This document shows positions 9,470 through 19,275 of a stretch of DNA of 64,000 nt, piece after piece. Source of the stretch: Bacteroidales bacterium (GTDB taxonomy: Bacteria; Bacteroidota; Bacteroidia; Bacteroidales; UBA3824); assembly GCA_017417315.1 (NCBI GenBank), contig JAFPZK010000075.1, positions 2,582 through 66,581 of the forward strand. Reading direction: 5' to 3'. Numbering within the stretch: position 1 is the stretch's first letter; each line of letters opens with the position of its first letter. The position numbers and the translations under genes are program-made. The notes beneath the pieces were generated by a model. The model was not told the origin of the DNA and did no database searches. It worked only from the letters and a program-made list of their open reading frames with translations.

Positions 9470-10228
9470 ATGATGAAAAATCCTGTTTTTATAGCCGGAC
9501 CTTGTGTCATAGAAAATATGCAACTGCTTGACACTGTGGCAAAAGAAATAAAAAGAATCAACGAAAAATTAGGCATTGAAATCATTTTCAAAGCCTCTTT
9601 TGACAAGGCAAACCGCACCTCGATTACTTCATTCAGAGGTCCGGGGCTTGAAAAAGGCGTTGAAATGCTTTCAAAAATAAAAAAGCAATACGGTTTAAAA
9701 ATTCTGACCGACATTCACGAGAGTTTTCAGGCAAAAAAAGCCGCAGAAACCGCTGACATTCTGCAAATTCCGGCGTTTCTGTGCCGTCAGACCGATTTGC
9801 TTACGGCGGCAGCAAAAACGGGAAAAATCGTCAACATAAAAAAGGCTCAGTTTTTATCGGGCGAAGATATGAAATACCCGGTGGAAAAAGCACTTCAAGC
9901 CGGTGCAAAAGAAGTCTGGCTGACCGAAAGAGGCAATATGTACGGTTATAACAACTTGGTTGTGGATTTCAGAAATATTCCCGACATGAAAAAATTTACG
10001 CAGACGGTCATAATGGATTGTACGCATTGCGTTCAGAGACCGGGTGCGGCGGGCGGAAAAACGGGCGGAAACCGTGAATTTATCCCCGCAATGGCTTTGG
10101 CGGCTAAGGCTTTCGGTGCTTCGGGATATTTTTTTGAAACTCACCCCGACCCCGACAATGCCCTCAGTGACGGACCTAATATGTTGTATTTAAAAGATTT
10201 AGAAACAGTTATCGCTTCATTGTTATGA
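9470..10228 (+). CDS. kdsA: 3-deoxy-8-phosphooctulonate (KDO-8-P) synthase
   Basis: FIAGPCVIE, KASFDKANR and IPAFLCRQTDL motifs. Overlaps kdsD by 4 nt. Confidence 0.9.
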   Translation: MMKNPVFIAGPCVIENMQLLDTVAKEIKRINEKLGIEIIFKASFDKANRTSITSFRGPGLEKGVEMLSKIKKQYGLKILTDIHESFQAKKAAETADILQIPAFLCRQTDLLTAAAKTGKIVNIKKAQFLSGEDMKYPVEKALQAGAKEVWLTERGNMYGYNNLVVDFRNIPDMKKFTQTVIMDCTHCVQRPGAAGGKTGGNREFIPAMALAAKAFGASGYFFETHPDPDNALSDGPNMLYLKDLETVIASLL

Positions 10229-11178
10229 CAAATTACAGAGAAATTGCGGCTCAGTGTTTACGGGACGAAGCCCTCGCCTTAACGGAACTTATCGAACAGT
10301 TGAACGAAAATTTTGACAAAGCCGTCGAACTGATTTTAAGTTGCAAAGGCAAAGTTATCATCACGGGTGTCGGCAAAAGCGGACATATCGGCGAAAAAAT
10401 TGCCGCAACGTTTTCGAGTACGGGAACGCCGTCGTTTTTCGTTAACCCTCTGGACGCTTTTCACGGCGACCTCGGCGTTATAGAACCCTCAGATATTCTG
10501 ATTGCAATAAGTAATAGCGGTCAGACTGACGAATTGTTGAGATTTTTCCCGTTTTTGTTAGCCAAGAAAATCACAATTATCGGTATCAGCAGCAATCCTG
10601 AAAGCCTTTTGGCAAAACATAGTAACGTTCATATCAAAGTAGCGGTCAGACATGAAGCCTGTCCTTTGGGACTTGCACCGACTTCAAGCACAACGGCTGT
10701 CTTGGCAATGGGCGATGCTTTGGCGTGCGCGTTGATAGAGGCGCGAAATTTCAAGAAAAGCGATTTTGCGCAGTTTCACCCTGGCGGCAGCCTCGGAAAG
10801 CAACTTTTAACAAAGGCAAAAGACGTAATGTTAAGCGAAAACTTGCCCGTTATCGACCCTGAAACTTTGCTTTCTCAGGCGGTCATCAACGTAAGTCAGG
10901 GACGTTTGGGACTTTGCGTAGCGGTAAAAGACGGTCAAATTCAAGGACTTATAACCGACGGCGACGTAAGACGTGCGATGGAAAAAAGTCAGAACAGATT
11001 TTTCGAGTTGAAAGTCTCCGACATTATGACCAAAACGCCGAAAACCGTTCCGCCGGAGATGAAAATCGCCGAAATCAGCCGCATAATGCACGTTAACAAA
11101 ATTCACGCGGTACTCGTTACTGACTCTGGAAACAGACTGTTAGGCATCGTGGATTCGTTTAGAACGGTAATTGAATAA
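10225..11178 (+). CDS. kdsD: Arabinose-5-phosphate isomerase (SIS + tandem CBS; KdsD/KpsF family)
   Basis: GVGKSGHIG SIS motif and two C-terminal CBS-like repeats. Coupled to kdsA. Confidence 0.85.
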   Translation: MTNYREIAAQCLRDEALALTELIEQLNENFDKAVELILSCKGKVIITGVGKSGHIGEKIAATFSSTGTPSFFVNPLDAFHGDLGVIEPSDILIAISNSGQTDELLRFFPFLLAKKITIIGISSNPESLLAKHSNVHIKVAVRHEACPLGLAPTSSTTAVLAMGDALACALIEARNFKKSDFAQFHPGGSLGKQLLTKAKDVMLSENLPVIDPETLLSQAVINVSQGRLGLCVAVKDGQIQGLITDGDVRRAMEKSQNRFFELKVSDIMTKTPKTVPPEMKIAEISRIMHVNKIHAVLVTDSGNRLLGIVDSFRTVIE

Positions 11179-11212
11179 AATGATTTTTTAACCAAATAAA
11201 TTATATTATAAA

Positions 11213-12256
11213 ATGGCACAAAAAAGATACTTATTTCCTGCCGACTTTATGGCAGACCCTGCCGTACATGTTTTTAACGGCAAAGTGTTTGTTTATCCCT
11301 CTCATGACTGGGAGGCACACGCCGCAGAAGACGACGACGGCGGACACTTTCAGATGAAAGACTATCACGCCCTTTCAATTGACGGCGACCCGATGACCGG
11401 CAACGTAAACGATCACGGCGTAATCTTTGACGTAAAAGATGTGCCGTGGGCAGAAAAACAGTTGTGGGACAGCGACGTAGTAGAAAAAGACGGCAAGTAT
11501 TATTACATATTTTCAGCCAAAGGTTACGACGGCGTATTCCGTCTCGGCGTAGCAGTTGCTGACAAACCCGAAGGACCGTTCAAGCCGCAACCTCAGCCTA
11601 TACGCGGTTCATTCTCGATTGACCCGTGCGCTTTCAAAGACGATGACGGCTCTATTTACATATACTTCGGCGGTCTTTGGGGCGGACAACTTCAATGGTG
11701 GCAGCCTTTTGCGCCCAGATTTGCCCCTGTACACGGCAAACACGGCGACGAAAACGGTCTTGTTGACATGGGTTCTGCTCCTACCCGTAACGGTGAACTT
11801 TTTGCTCAACCCGATATGCCCGCATTGCCGAGTTTCGTCGTAAAAATGAGCGATGATGTCTTGCAGTTTGCCGAAGCACCCCGCCGCGTCGTTATCCTCG
11901 GTGAAGACGGCAAACCGCTAAAAGCGAGCGACCCACACCGTTTCTTTGAGGCTTCGTGGATGCACAAATACAACGGAAAATATTATTTCTCGTATTCAAC
12001 CGGCGACAGTCATTTTCTCTGTTATGCCATAGGCGACAATCCTTACGGACCTTTTACCTATCAAGGCGTAATTATGACTCCCGTTGTAGGTTGGACAACT
12101 CACCATGCTATCGCCGAATACAAAGGCAAATGGTATCTTTTCCACCACGACTGCGTACCGTCAGAGGGCAAAACATGGCTCCGTTCGCTCAAAGTTTGCG
12201 AACTCGAATACGATGCAAACGGCAAAATAAAAACCATCGAAGGTTTGGACAAATAA
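11213..12256 (+). CDS. Glycoside hydrolase family 43 (beta-xylosidase/arabinofuranosidase-like)
   Basis: 347 aa. ADPAVHVFNGKVFVYPSHD start and five-bladed propeller-type pattern (WDSDV, FEASW). Confidence 0.8.
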   Translation: MAQKRYLFPADFMADPAVHVFNGKVFVYPSHDWEAHAAEDDDGGHFQMKDYHALSIDGDPMTGNVNDHGVIFDVKDVPWAEKQLWDSDVVEKDGKYYYIFSAKGYDGVFRLGVAVADKPEGPFKPQPQPIRGSFSIDPCAFKDDDGSIYIYFGGLWGGQLQWWQPFAPRFAPVHGKHGDENGLVDMGSAPTRNGELFAQPDMPALPSFVVKMSDDVLQFAEAPRRVVILGEDGKPLKASDPHRFFEASWMHKYNGKYYFSYSTGDSHFLCYAIGDNPYGPFTYQGVIMTPVVGWTTHHAIAEYKGKWYLFHHDCVPSEGKTWLRSLKVCELEYDANGKIKTIEGLDK

Positions 12257-12303
12257 TTTTTAAGGAGTGCGGGTGTCCCCGCCCGCCTTTTCAAATTTTA
12301 AAT

Positions 12304-13245
12304 ATGGATATATCTGTTATCATTCCGCTATACAACGAAGACGAGTCAATCCCGGAGTTAAAAGACTGGATTACAAGGGTTATGGACGAAAACCGTTTCA
12401 GTTATGAAATTATCATGATTGACGACGGCAGCACGGACTTGTCATGGCAAAAAATCGAAGAAATGTCCAAAGCAGACAACCACGTAAAAGGCATAAAATT
12501 CCGCCGCAACTACGGAAAATCCGCCGCCTTGAACACCGGTTTCAAAGCCGCTCAGGGCGATGTCGTCATAACAATGGACGCCGATATGCAGGATTCGCCG
12601 GACGAAATTCCCGAACTTTTCAGAATGGTTAAAGAAGAAAAATATGACGTTGTATCCGGCTGGAAGAAAAAACGTTATGACCCGATAAGCAAAACCATAC
12701 CGAGCAAACTTTTCAACGCGACGGCAAGATTTTTTTCGGGCATAAAACTTCATGACTTTAACTGCGGACTAAAAGCGTACAGAAACACGGTCGTAAAATC
12801 GGTTGAAGTCTACGGCGAAATGCACCGTTATATTCCCGTTTTGGCAAAACAGGCGGGCTTTAAAAGAATCGGCGAAAAAGTCGTTCAGCACCGCGCCAGA
12901 AAATACGGCGTTACGAAATTCGGCTTAGAAAGGTTTATAAACGGCTTTTTAGACCTTTTGACGGTGAACATCGTTCTGAAATTCGGAAAATCGCCGATGC
13001 ACTTTTTCGGGTTGGCAGGCACGCTGAGTTTCTTTATCGGCTTCGTGATTTTGGCTTACCTGAGCATTGCAAAATTCGCTTGGAATCAGTACCAAATGAC
13101 CGACCGTCCGCTGTTTTATTTCGGACTTTTAACAATAATTTTCGGCTCGCAACTCTTTCTGACAGGCTTTGTTGCGGAACTTGTAGCCCGCTCGTCAGCC
13201 GACAGAAATACATATATTATAGAAAAAAATATCGGACTTGATTGA
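12304..13245 (+). CDS. Family 2 glycosyltransferase, polyprenyl-phosphate sugar transferase type with two C-terminal TM helices
   Basis: MDISVIIPLYNE, DDGSTD and DADMQD motifs. Two C-terminal TM helices as in GtrB/DPM1-like enzymes. Confidence 0.85.
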   Translation: MDISVIIPLYNEDESIPELKDWITRVMDENRFSYEIIMIDDGSTDLSWQKIEEMSKADNHVKGIKFRRNYGKSAALNTGFKAAQGDVVITMDADMQDSPDEIPELFRMVKEEKYDVVSGWKKKRYDPISKTIPSKLFNATARFFSGIKLHDFNCGLKAYRNTVVKSVEVYGEMHRYIPVLAKQAGFKRIGEKVVQHRARKYGVTKFGLERFINGFLDLLTVNIVLKFGKSPMHFFGLAGTLSFFIGFVILAYLSIAKFAWNQYQMTDRPLFYFGLLTIIFGSQLFLTGFVAELVARSSADRNTYIIEKNIGLD

Positions 13246-13283
13246 AAATGGTATTTTTTTTGTTGAATTTCAAAAAAGATTAT

Positions 13284-13291
13284 TAAATTTG
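13284..13291 (+). promoter_or_regulatory. -7 box TAAATTTG
   Basis: 24 nt upstream of ATG 13316. Confidence 0.45.
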
Positions 13292-13315
13292 GGCAGTCAA
13301 AAAATACTTTTAGAT

Positions 13316-15118
13316 ATGGATATTTTAAACGACGAAAAATCACAGAAATCAATTAAGGAAATTATCCTTGTATTTTCCGATATTGACGTAAAAATCACGG
13401 CTTTGAACGAATGTTCGGCGGAAGATTTTCTTTCTCTGAACACAAACTTGAAAAAGTTTTATAAAGATGCCAAAGTAATTTCCGACCAGACGGGTCAGAT
13501 TTATGACATCATTGCCGGAGACGAGCATAAAAAATTTTTTGAAGAACTTCTCGGACTTCAAGAGTCGCTCAACAAGAGAATTAATATGCTCAAAAACAAG
13601 ATTTTAAAGAGCATTAGAGGCTTAGAAAAAATGCTCACGTCGCTTAATTTGGTGTTTGTACCGTTAAAGAATTTCAACCTTAACATACTTACACTCAACT
13701 TCTTGTTGGTTAACCTCAAACTCAATATCGCTTACTGCGACAATGAGGCGGTAAAACCGCTTGCCGAGACTATTGATATGATAACAACCGAAATCAACAA
13801 GTTGAAAATTATTCTGCCCAAAATTTCGGAATCTCTGACAATGGTAAAAAACGTTACGAGACTTTCTTCGGGTAAATTGATTGAAATCCGCAAAAAAAAT
13901 ATTCTCGATATTGACCGCGTAACGGGTCAGATTAACGACTCGGTGATTTTGTTGAAAGACAAACAAGCCGTGGCTGCCAAAAAAATGCCCGAACTTACAA
14001 AACGCACCGAAAGTTATTTCGACAGTGTCAACAAAATCATTATGAACCTCCAATATCATGACATTATCCGTCAGAAAATGGAGCATGTTCAGGCAACACA
14101 CAAAAACATTATCAACGAGTTGTCCTCGATGGGGTCTTTAACACCTCATTCTGACGGTTCTATTGATATGTCGGAAAACGCAAAACAATTTCTCCAAATC
14201 AGGGATATTGCGGGCGTTCAGGTGGCTCAACTCATCAACACGAACAAAGAATATCAAAAGGCTTTTGCCGTGATAATGAGGAAGTTCTGGGACATCAGCG
14301 AGGATATGAGCGTTATCTCTCAACTTTGCAACGAGTTTGTGGGCAACAACGATTTAACCGATAGTTATTACAAAGACGTTCAGGACAGACTCCGCGGCAC
14401 GACAACGGTTTTGAAACGTCTTATCTCTGCTAACGAGGATTTCGGCGGTGAAATCGACATCATCAACTCCACGATTGAAGAAAAACACGACAAAATAGAC
14501 GAAATAAAAACCGTTTACGGCAACATCAACGACAAAATCGAATACATTTTTGACACGATTGCAAGTCAGAACGACACCGGTCTTGACCGCATAACCGAAG
14601 AGGTAAGACAGATGGTTGAAACGATTTTGGAGAATTTGAACGATGTCGTATTGTTTTTCTCACAGGCTCAGAACATCAGCAAAAAATTGCAGGAAATCAA
14701 CCGCGAAGACTCCGGCAACGAAATTTCAAACAATTTGAAAGAACTTAACAACAAAATTTCGGAACTTTTGGCTTCGATAGAAAACCACAACGAAAAAATC
14801 GAAGCGATTTTGACCAACAATTCTAAGTTAAGTCTTAACCTTTCGAGCGAAATCAAGTCGTCGGTAGAGCAGGTAAAATACTACGATTTCTTTGAAAAAA
14901 TTATGCTTGAAATCGTATCGCAACTCAACACGATATATTCTAAACTTGACAACAACACACTCAACATGATAAAGAGCAACAAGGCAGAAAACTTAAAGAG
15001 CCTTGAAGAACGTTACACGATGGAGAGCGAAAGAATTATCCATCAGCAGATTATCAACGAGAGTGCCGATATGGAAATGCCGGTTCAGGAAGATGACAAT
15101 GACGTAGAATTTTTCTAA
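13316..15118 (+). CDS. Long coiled-coil protein with degenerate MCP-tip-like and DxxxQ motifs (function unknown)
   Basis: About 600 aa and highly helical. FNLNILTLNFLLVNLKLN (nt 13664-13732) resembles [18 protein letters not shown] of MCPs. NLQYHDIIRQKMEHVQ lies at nt 14045-14092. Confidence 0.5.
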   Translation: MDILNDEKSQKSIKEIILVFSDIDVKITALNECSAEDFLSLNTNLKKFYKDAKVISDQTGQIYDIIAGDEHKKFFEELLGLQESLNKRINMLKNKILKSIRGLEKMLTSLNLVFVPLKNFNLNILTLNFLLVNLKLNIAYCDNEAVKPLAETIDMITTEINKLKIILPKISESLTMVKNVTRLSSGKLIEIRKKNILDIDRVTGQINDSVILLKDKQAVAAKKMPELTKRTESYFDSVNKIIMNLQYHDIIRQKMEHVQATHKNIINELSSMGSLTPHSDGSIDMSENAKQFLQIRDIAGVQVAQLINTNKEYQKAFAVIMRKFWDISEDMSVISQLCNEFVGNNDLTDSYYKDVQDRLRGTTTVLKRLISANEDFGGEIDIINSTIEEKHDKIDEIKTVYGNINDKIEYIFDTIASQNDTGLDRITEEVRQMVETILENLNDVVLFFSQAQNISKKLQEINREDSGNEISNNLKELNNKISELLASIENHNEKIEAILTNNSKLSLNLSSEIKSSVEQVKYYDFFEKIMLEIVSQLNTIYSKLDNNTLNMIKSNKAENLKSLEERYTMESERIIHQQIINESADMEMPVQEDDNDVEFF

Positions 15119-15158
15119 AAGTTCCAAACTTTTTTTTGCAAATTAGTAATATAATGTT

Positions 15159-15166
15159 TACTTTTG
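15159..15166 (+). promoter_or_regulatory. -7 box TACTTTTG
   Basis: 18 nt upstream of ATG 15185. Confidence 0.45.
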
Positions 15167-15184
15167 CAAAAAAATTAATGGAAA

Positions 15185-17884
15185 ATGGGACGGAAAAAAG
15201 CAACTGAATTTGTTTCCCCTATCGACAGATTTAAAAATTGGTGCAGCGACGAAAGAGTGAAATTCGTTTCAAGTATGGCGGTTTTTCTTTTGTCGGTGGT
15301 TATGTTGATAGGTTTTTTATCGTTTTTGTTTACTTGGAAAGAGGATCAGGCAAAATTTGAAATAGGAATTATCCGCTATCTCTGCGACAGCGACATTCAG
15401 GTTGAAAACTGGGGCGGAAAATTAGGAGCGGTTTTAGCGCATCTTTTCATTCACAACTGGTTCGGTGTACCGTCATTTTCCTTTGTTTTTCTGAGCCTTT
15501 TAACGGCGTGCAAAATCATCAAATACGAACCGCTGCCCTATTGGACGGTCGTAAAACACACCGTTATTTGGACGGTTTGGACATCAGTGTTTTTGTCTTT
15601 TGTTTTCGGCGACGACTTTTTCTTCTTAGGCGGCGTTTTCGGTTACGAAATAGATTATTGGTTGGAGTCCGCTTTTCAGAAAGTCGGCACATTGCTTTTG
15701 CTGTTAATCATAGCCGGAGCGATTTTGATTGCGACATTCCAAAATTCGTTAGGCTGGATAAAAGTTTTTTGCAGCGATTTCAAGGACAACAAAAACATCA
15801 GAAAGGCATATAACAGCGCAAATTCTTATCTCAAAGCAGTTTACGCTAACGAAGGTGAAAATCCTGAAAATTTCCAAAAGAAAAAGAAAACGGTTGAAAC
15901 TTTTGAAAACAACGTTTACGACGAAGACGAAGGCGGACTTTTGAACTCGCCCGTCAACACCGCAACAACAAATACGGCAACAACCGCAACTTCCGTTATG
16001 GAAAACGCCAAGAGTTTTTTCCGCGATATGTTAAAAGGCAAAGATTACAAAGGCGAACAGCAGCAAATACCTTTTGACAAACCGAAAGAAAAAGTAGAAC
16101 CGTCAGGCAAAACCGTTGAAACCGAGCGATTTATCTTAAACGATGACGGGAAAAAACAGGATTTGGATTTTGAAATCGAAGATACGACCGTAAAAACCGA
16201 AACTCAGCCGGAAGAAACGCCGGAAACAAAAATCGAAGCCGAAGAAACTCCCGAAAAAACGGAAGAAGCCCCCGCTCCCGTTGCACAAGATACTGAAAAT
16301 TCGGGCGGAATGGCTCTCGAAGTTGAAGTCAACCGTCCTACAACCGTCGAAGAGGTCAACAATTTGCCGCCTTACGACCCGACACAGGAACTTTCAAACT
16401 ATCATTTGCCCGGACTTGACCTTCTCAACAAGTACGACACGGGAGAAAACCTTGTCAACAAAAGCGAACTTATCGAAAACAAAACGCAAATCGTTGAAGT
16501 ACTTAAAAACTTCAAAATCAAAATCGACAAAATCAAGGCGACGGTCGGTCCTACGGTAACGCTTTACGAAATCACGCCCGCACCGGGAATAAAAATCTCG
16601 AAAATCCGCAGCATTGAGGACGATATTCAGTTGAGCCTCAAAGCCTTGGGTATCAGAATCATTGCGCCTATGCCCGGAGCAGGAACCGTCGGCATAGAAG
16701 TCCCGAACAAAAAGCCCGCAATCGTTGCAATGGAAGACCTGATAAAATCGGACGAATTTCAGCACAGCAAATACGAACTGCCGATTGCTCTCGGAAAAAC
16801 CATTGACAACAAATGTTATGTAATCGACTTGACAAAATGTCCGCACCTTTTGGTAGCCGGAGCAACGGGTCAGGGTAAATCTGTCGGCTTGAACGCAATA
16901 ATCGCGTCAATTCTTTACAAAAAACACCCCGCAGAGGTGAAATTCGTACTCGTTGACCCGAAAAAAGTGGAACTTACACTTTATAATAATATAGAAAAGC
17001 ACTATTTGGCAAAACTTCCCGAAAGCGAAGAGGCTATCATAACGGACGTTGACAAAGTAAAGGAAACTTTAAATTCTTTGACCGTTGAGATGACCAACCG
17101 TTATGACCTCTTGAAAGAGGCAAAGGTCAGAAACATAAAGGAATACAACGCCAAATTTATTTCGCGGCATTTGAATCCGGAAAACGGACACAGGTTTTTG
17201 CCGTACATCGTGGTTATCATCGACGAGTTTGCCGACCTCATTATGACTGCCGGTAAGGAAATCGAAAAGCCGATTGCCAGAATCGCACAACTTGCCCGTG
17301 CAATAGGCATTCACCTAATTGTCGCAACGCAAAGACCGACAACCAACATCATCACGGGTTTGATTAAAGCCAACTTCCCGACAAGAATCGCTTTCAAAGT
17401 GTCGTCAATGATGGACTCGCGCACAATTCTTGACTGTCCGGGTGCAAACCATTTGATAGGTCGCGGCGATATGTTGATTTCAAACGGCGGAACGGAGTTA
17501 ACGCGACTTCAATGCGCATTTATCGACACGCCGGAGTTGGAGAAAATCACCGAATTTATCGGCTCTCAACAAGGCTATCCGACAACTTACGAACTGCCCG
17601 AGCCCGACATAGAAGCCTCTGACGGAAGCGAACCAGTTGACCTTTCAAAACGTGATTCATTGTTTGAAGAGGCGGCAAGAATGATTGTACTTTCGGGACA
17701 AGGTAGCACGTCAATGCTTCAAAGAAAATTTGAAATCGGTTATAACCGTGCCGGCAGAATTATGGATCAACTCGAAGCCGCAGGCATTGTAGGACCTAAC
17801 GAAGGTTCAAAAGCACGCAGCGTGTTAATAGATTCAGAATACGCTTTGGAACAATATTTGAGCAATTTGGACAGAAGTTTGTAA
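15185..17884 (+). CDS. ftsK: DNA translocase FtsK/SpoIIIE
   Basis: 899 aa. N-terminal TM helices, acidic/Pro-Thr-rich linker, motor domain with GATGQGKS Walker A and VVIIDEFADL Walker B, C-terminal gamma wHTH. Confidence 0.9.
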   Translation: MGRKKATEFVSPIDRFKNWCSDERVKFVSSMAVFLLSVVMLIGFLSFLFTWKEDQAKFEIGIIRYLCDSDIQVENWGGKLGAVLAHLFIHNWFGVPSFSFVFLSLLTACKIIKYEPLPYWTVVKHTVIWTVWTSVFLSFVFGDDFFFLGGVFGYEIDYWLESAFQKVGTLLLLLIIAGAILIATFQNSLGWIKVFCSDFKDNKNIRKAYNSANSYLKAVYANEGENPENFQKKKKTVETFENNVYDEDEGGLLNSPVNTATTNTATTATSVMENAKSFFRDMLKGKDYKGEQQQIPFDKPKEKVEPSGKTVETERFILNDDGKKQDLDFEIEDTTVKTETQPEETPETKIEAEETPEKTEEAPAPVAQDTENSGGMALEVEVNRPTTVEEVNNLPPYDPTQELSNYHLPGLDLLNKYDTGENLVNKSELIENKTQIVEVLKNFKIKIDKIKATVGPTVTLYEITPAPGIKISKIRSIEDDIQLSLKALGIRIIAPMPGAGTVGIEVPNKKPAIVAMEDLIKSDEFQHSKYELPIALGKTIDNKCYVIDLTKCPHLLVAGATGQGKSVGLNAIIASILYKKHPAEVKFVLVDPKKVELTLYNNIEKHYLAKLPESEEAIITDVDKVKETLNSLTVEMTNRYDLLKEAKVRNIKEYNAKFISRHLNPENGHRFLPYIVVIIDEFADLIMTAGKEIEKPIARIAQLARAIGIHLIVATQRPTTNIITGLIKANFPTRIAFKVSSMMDSRTILDCPGANHLIGRGDMLISNGGTELTRLQCAFIDTPELEKITEFIGSQQGYPTTYELPEPDIEASDGSEPVDLSKRDSLFEEAARMIVLSGQGSTSMLQRKFEIGYNRAGRIMDQLEAAGIVGPNEGSKARSVLIDSEYALEQYLSNLDRSL

Positions 17885-17961
17885 AAAAAAATTCAACTGC
17901 AAAACTTCCGTTCAACTATAATAACAAAAAAAATCAATTAACAACATTAATATTATTAGAA

Positions 17962-18654
17962 ATGAAAGTTTTAATGACATTACTTTTGACGGCGTTAATG
18001 GTATTGCCGTCTTTTGCACAGGAAACTCACGACCCTGAGGCAAAAAAAATTCTCGAAAAAATTTCTTCGACCACACAAGGTTATAATAGCCTTAGAGCCA
18101 CTTTTGTTTGGACTTTGGAAAACAAAGCCGAAAAAACAAAAGATTCTAAAAACGGTTCGATGTTTATAAAAGGCGACAAATACAAACTCATTTTGCAGGG
18201 TACGGAAATTTTCTCGGACGGAAAAACCTCGTGGACGTATTCAAAAGACGCTAACGAAATCACCGTAAATGCGGTTGAAGAAAACGATGAGTCTATCGTC
18301 AGCAACCCGACAAAAATTTTCAACTTTTACGAAAAAGGCTTTAAATACGCTTTGAAAGGCGAGGCTGAGGTAAACGCAAAGGCAAAAGTTGACGGCAAAA
18401 TTACGACGGCTAAGAAAAAATGCCATGTCATTGACCTCTACCCCGAAAATCCGAAAGGCAAAGATTTTCATACCGTTCAACTTCTTGTTGATAAAACTAA
18501 CAATCAAATCGTTTGCATCGACATAAAGTTTAAAAACGGTAGCGACCAAATCATCGAAATTCTTGATTATAAACCAAATGTTACGATGCCTGACAACCTC
18601 TTTCAATACGAAGAAAGCAAATATCCGGGCGTTGAAGTCAACGATATGAGATAG
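17962..18654 (+). CDS. lolA: LolA-like outer-membrane lipoprotein carrier protein
   Basis: 230 aa with a signal peptide. Sits immediately after ftsK, as is usual in Bacteroidota. LolA-like beta pattern. Confidence 0.6.
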   Translation: MKVLMTLLLTALMVLPSFAQETHDPEAKKILEKISSTTQGYNSLRATFVWTLENKAEKTKDSKNGSMFIKGDKYKLILQGTEIFSDGKTSWTYSKDANEITVNAVEENDESIVSNPTKIFNFYEKGFKYALKGEAEVNAKAKVDGKITTAKKKCHVIDLYPENPKGKDFHTVQLLVDKTNNQIVCIDIKFKNGSDQIIEILDYKPNVTMPDNLFQYEESKYPGVEVNDMR

Positions 18655-18658
18655 TAAG

Positions 18659-18716
18659 TATTTGTAAGTCAGGTAGATAACTTAACAAAAAAAGTTATTT
18701 GCCTGACTTACAAATA
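18659..18716 (+). terminator. Long imperfect hairpin after lolA (23-bp arms, 12-nt A-rich loop)
   Basis: TATTTGTAAGTCAGGTAGATAAC / GTTATTTGCCTGACTTACAAATA with 2 mismatches. Only a short TTT follows. Confidence 0.5.
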
Positions 18717-18777
18717 TTTCAGAAAAAAAATTCAAAAAAAAAATCCCAAAAAGTTTTCTAAATTAAAATAAAAGGCG

Positions 18778-18785
18778 TATATTTG
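18778..18785 (+). promoter_or_regulatory. -7 box TATATTTG
   Basis: 45 nt upstream of ATG 18831. Confidence 0.4.
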
Positions 18786-18830
18786 CACACCAATTTAAAC
18801 GACTTAATAAATTTTAAAAAAATATTAAAA

Positions 18831-19118
18831 ATGACAAAAGCAGACATCGTAAACGAGATTTCCAAAAATACTGGAATCGAAAAAGTAACCGTTCAAAAAG
18901 CGGTTGAGGCTTTTATGGACACCATCAAAGAATCTTTGGTTGAAGAAAACAACGTGTACCTGAGAGGTTTCGGCTCTTTTATCATCAAAACAAGGGCTAA
19001 AAAAACTGCACGTAACATTTCTAAAAATACGACCATCGTTATTCCCGAACACAACATTCCGGCGTTCAAACCCTCAAAAGTGTTCGTAAGCGAAGTTAAA
19101 GAGAAAAAGAAAAAATAA
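18831..19118 (+). CDS. hup: DNA-binding protein HU
   Basis: About 95 aa, MTKADIVNEISK...GFGSF...ARNISKNT...IPAFKPSK. Classic HU/IHF fold pattern. Confidence 0.9.
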   Translation: MTKADIVNEISKNTGIEKVTVQKAVEAFMDTIKESLVEENNVYLRGFGSFIIKTRAKKTARNISKNTTIVIPEHNIPAFKPSKVFVSEVKEKKKK

Positions 19119-19151
19119 TTTTTTAAGTATAATTTTTAAAATCACAAAAAA

Positions 19152-19241
19152 ATGCCAAGCGGAAAAAAAAGAAAACGTCACAAAATGGCTACGCACAAAC
19201 GTAAAAAACGTTTACGCAAAGACAGACACAAGAAAAAATAA
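19152..19241 (+). CDS. 29-aa extremely basic peptide, bS22-like small ribosomal protein candidate (absent from the ORF track)
   Basis: ATG 19152 to TAA 19241 gives MPSGKKRKRHKMATHKRKKRLRKDRHKKK. Lies 33 nt after hup and is followed by a terminator. Confidence 0.6.
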   Translation: MPSGKKRKRHKMATHKRKKRLRKDRHKKK

Positions 19242-19275
19242 AATGATTCTTCGTCTGTTCATGTAGAAAGAATAA

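Noticed and set aside
11956-12303. 116-codon N-terminal extension of the glycosyltransferase ORF
   Set aside because: It overlaps the 3' end of the GH43 gene in another frame and is Arg/Ser-rich nonsense. The GT2 family begins at MDISVIIPLYNE (ATG 12304).
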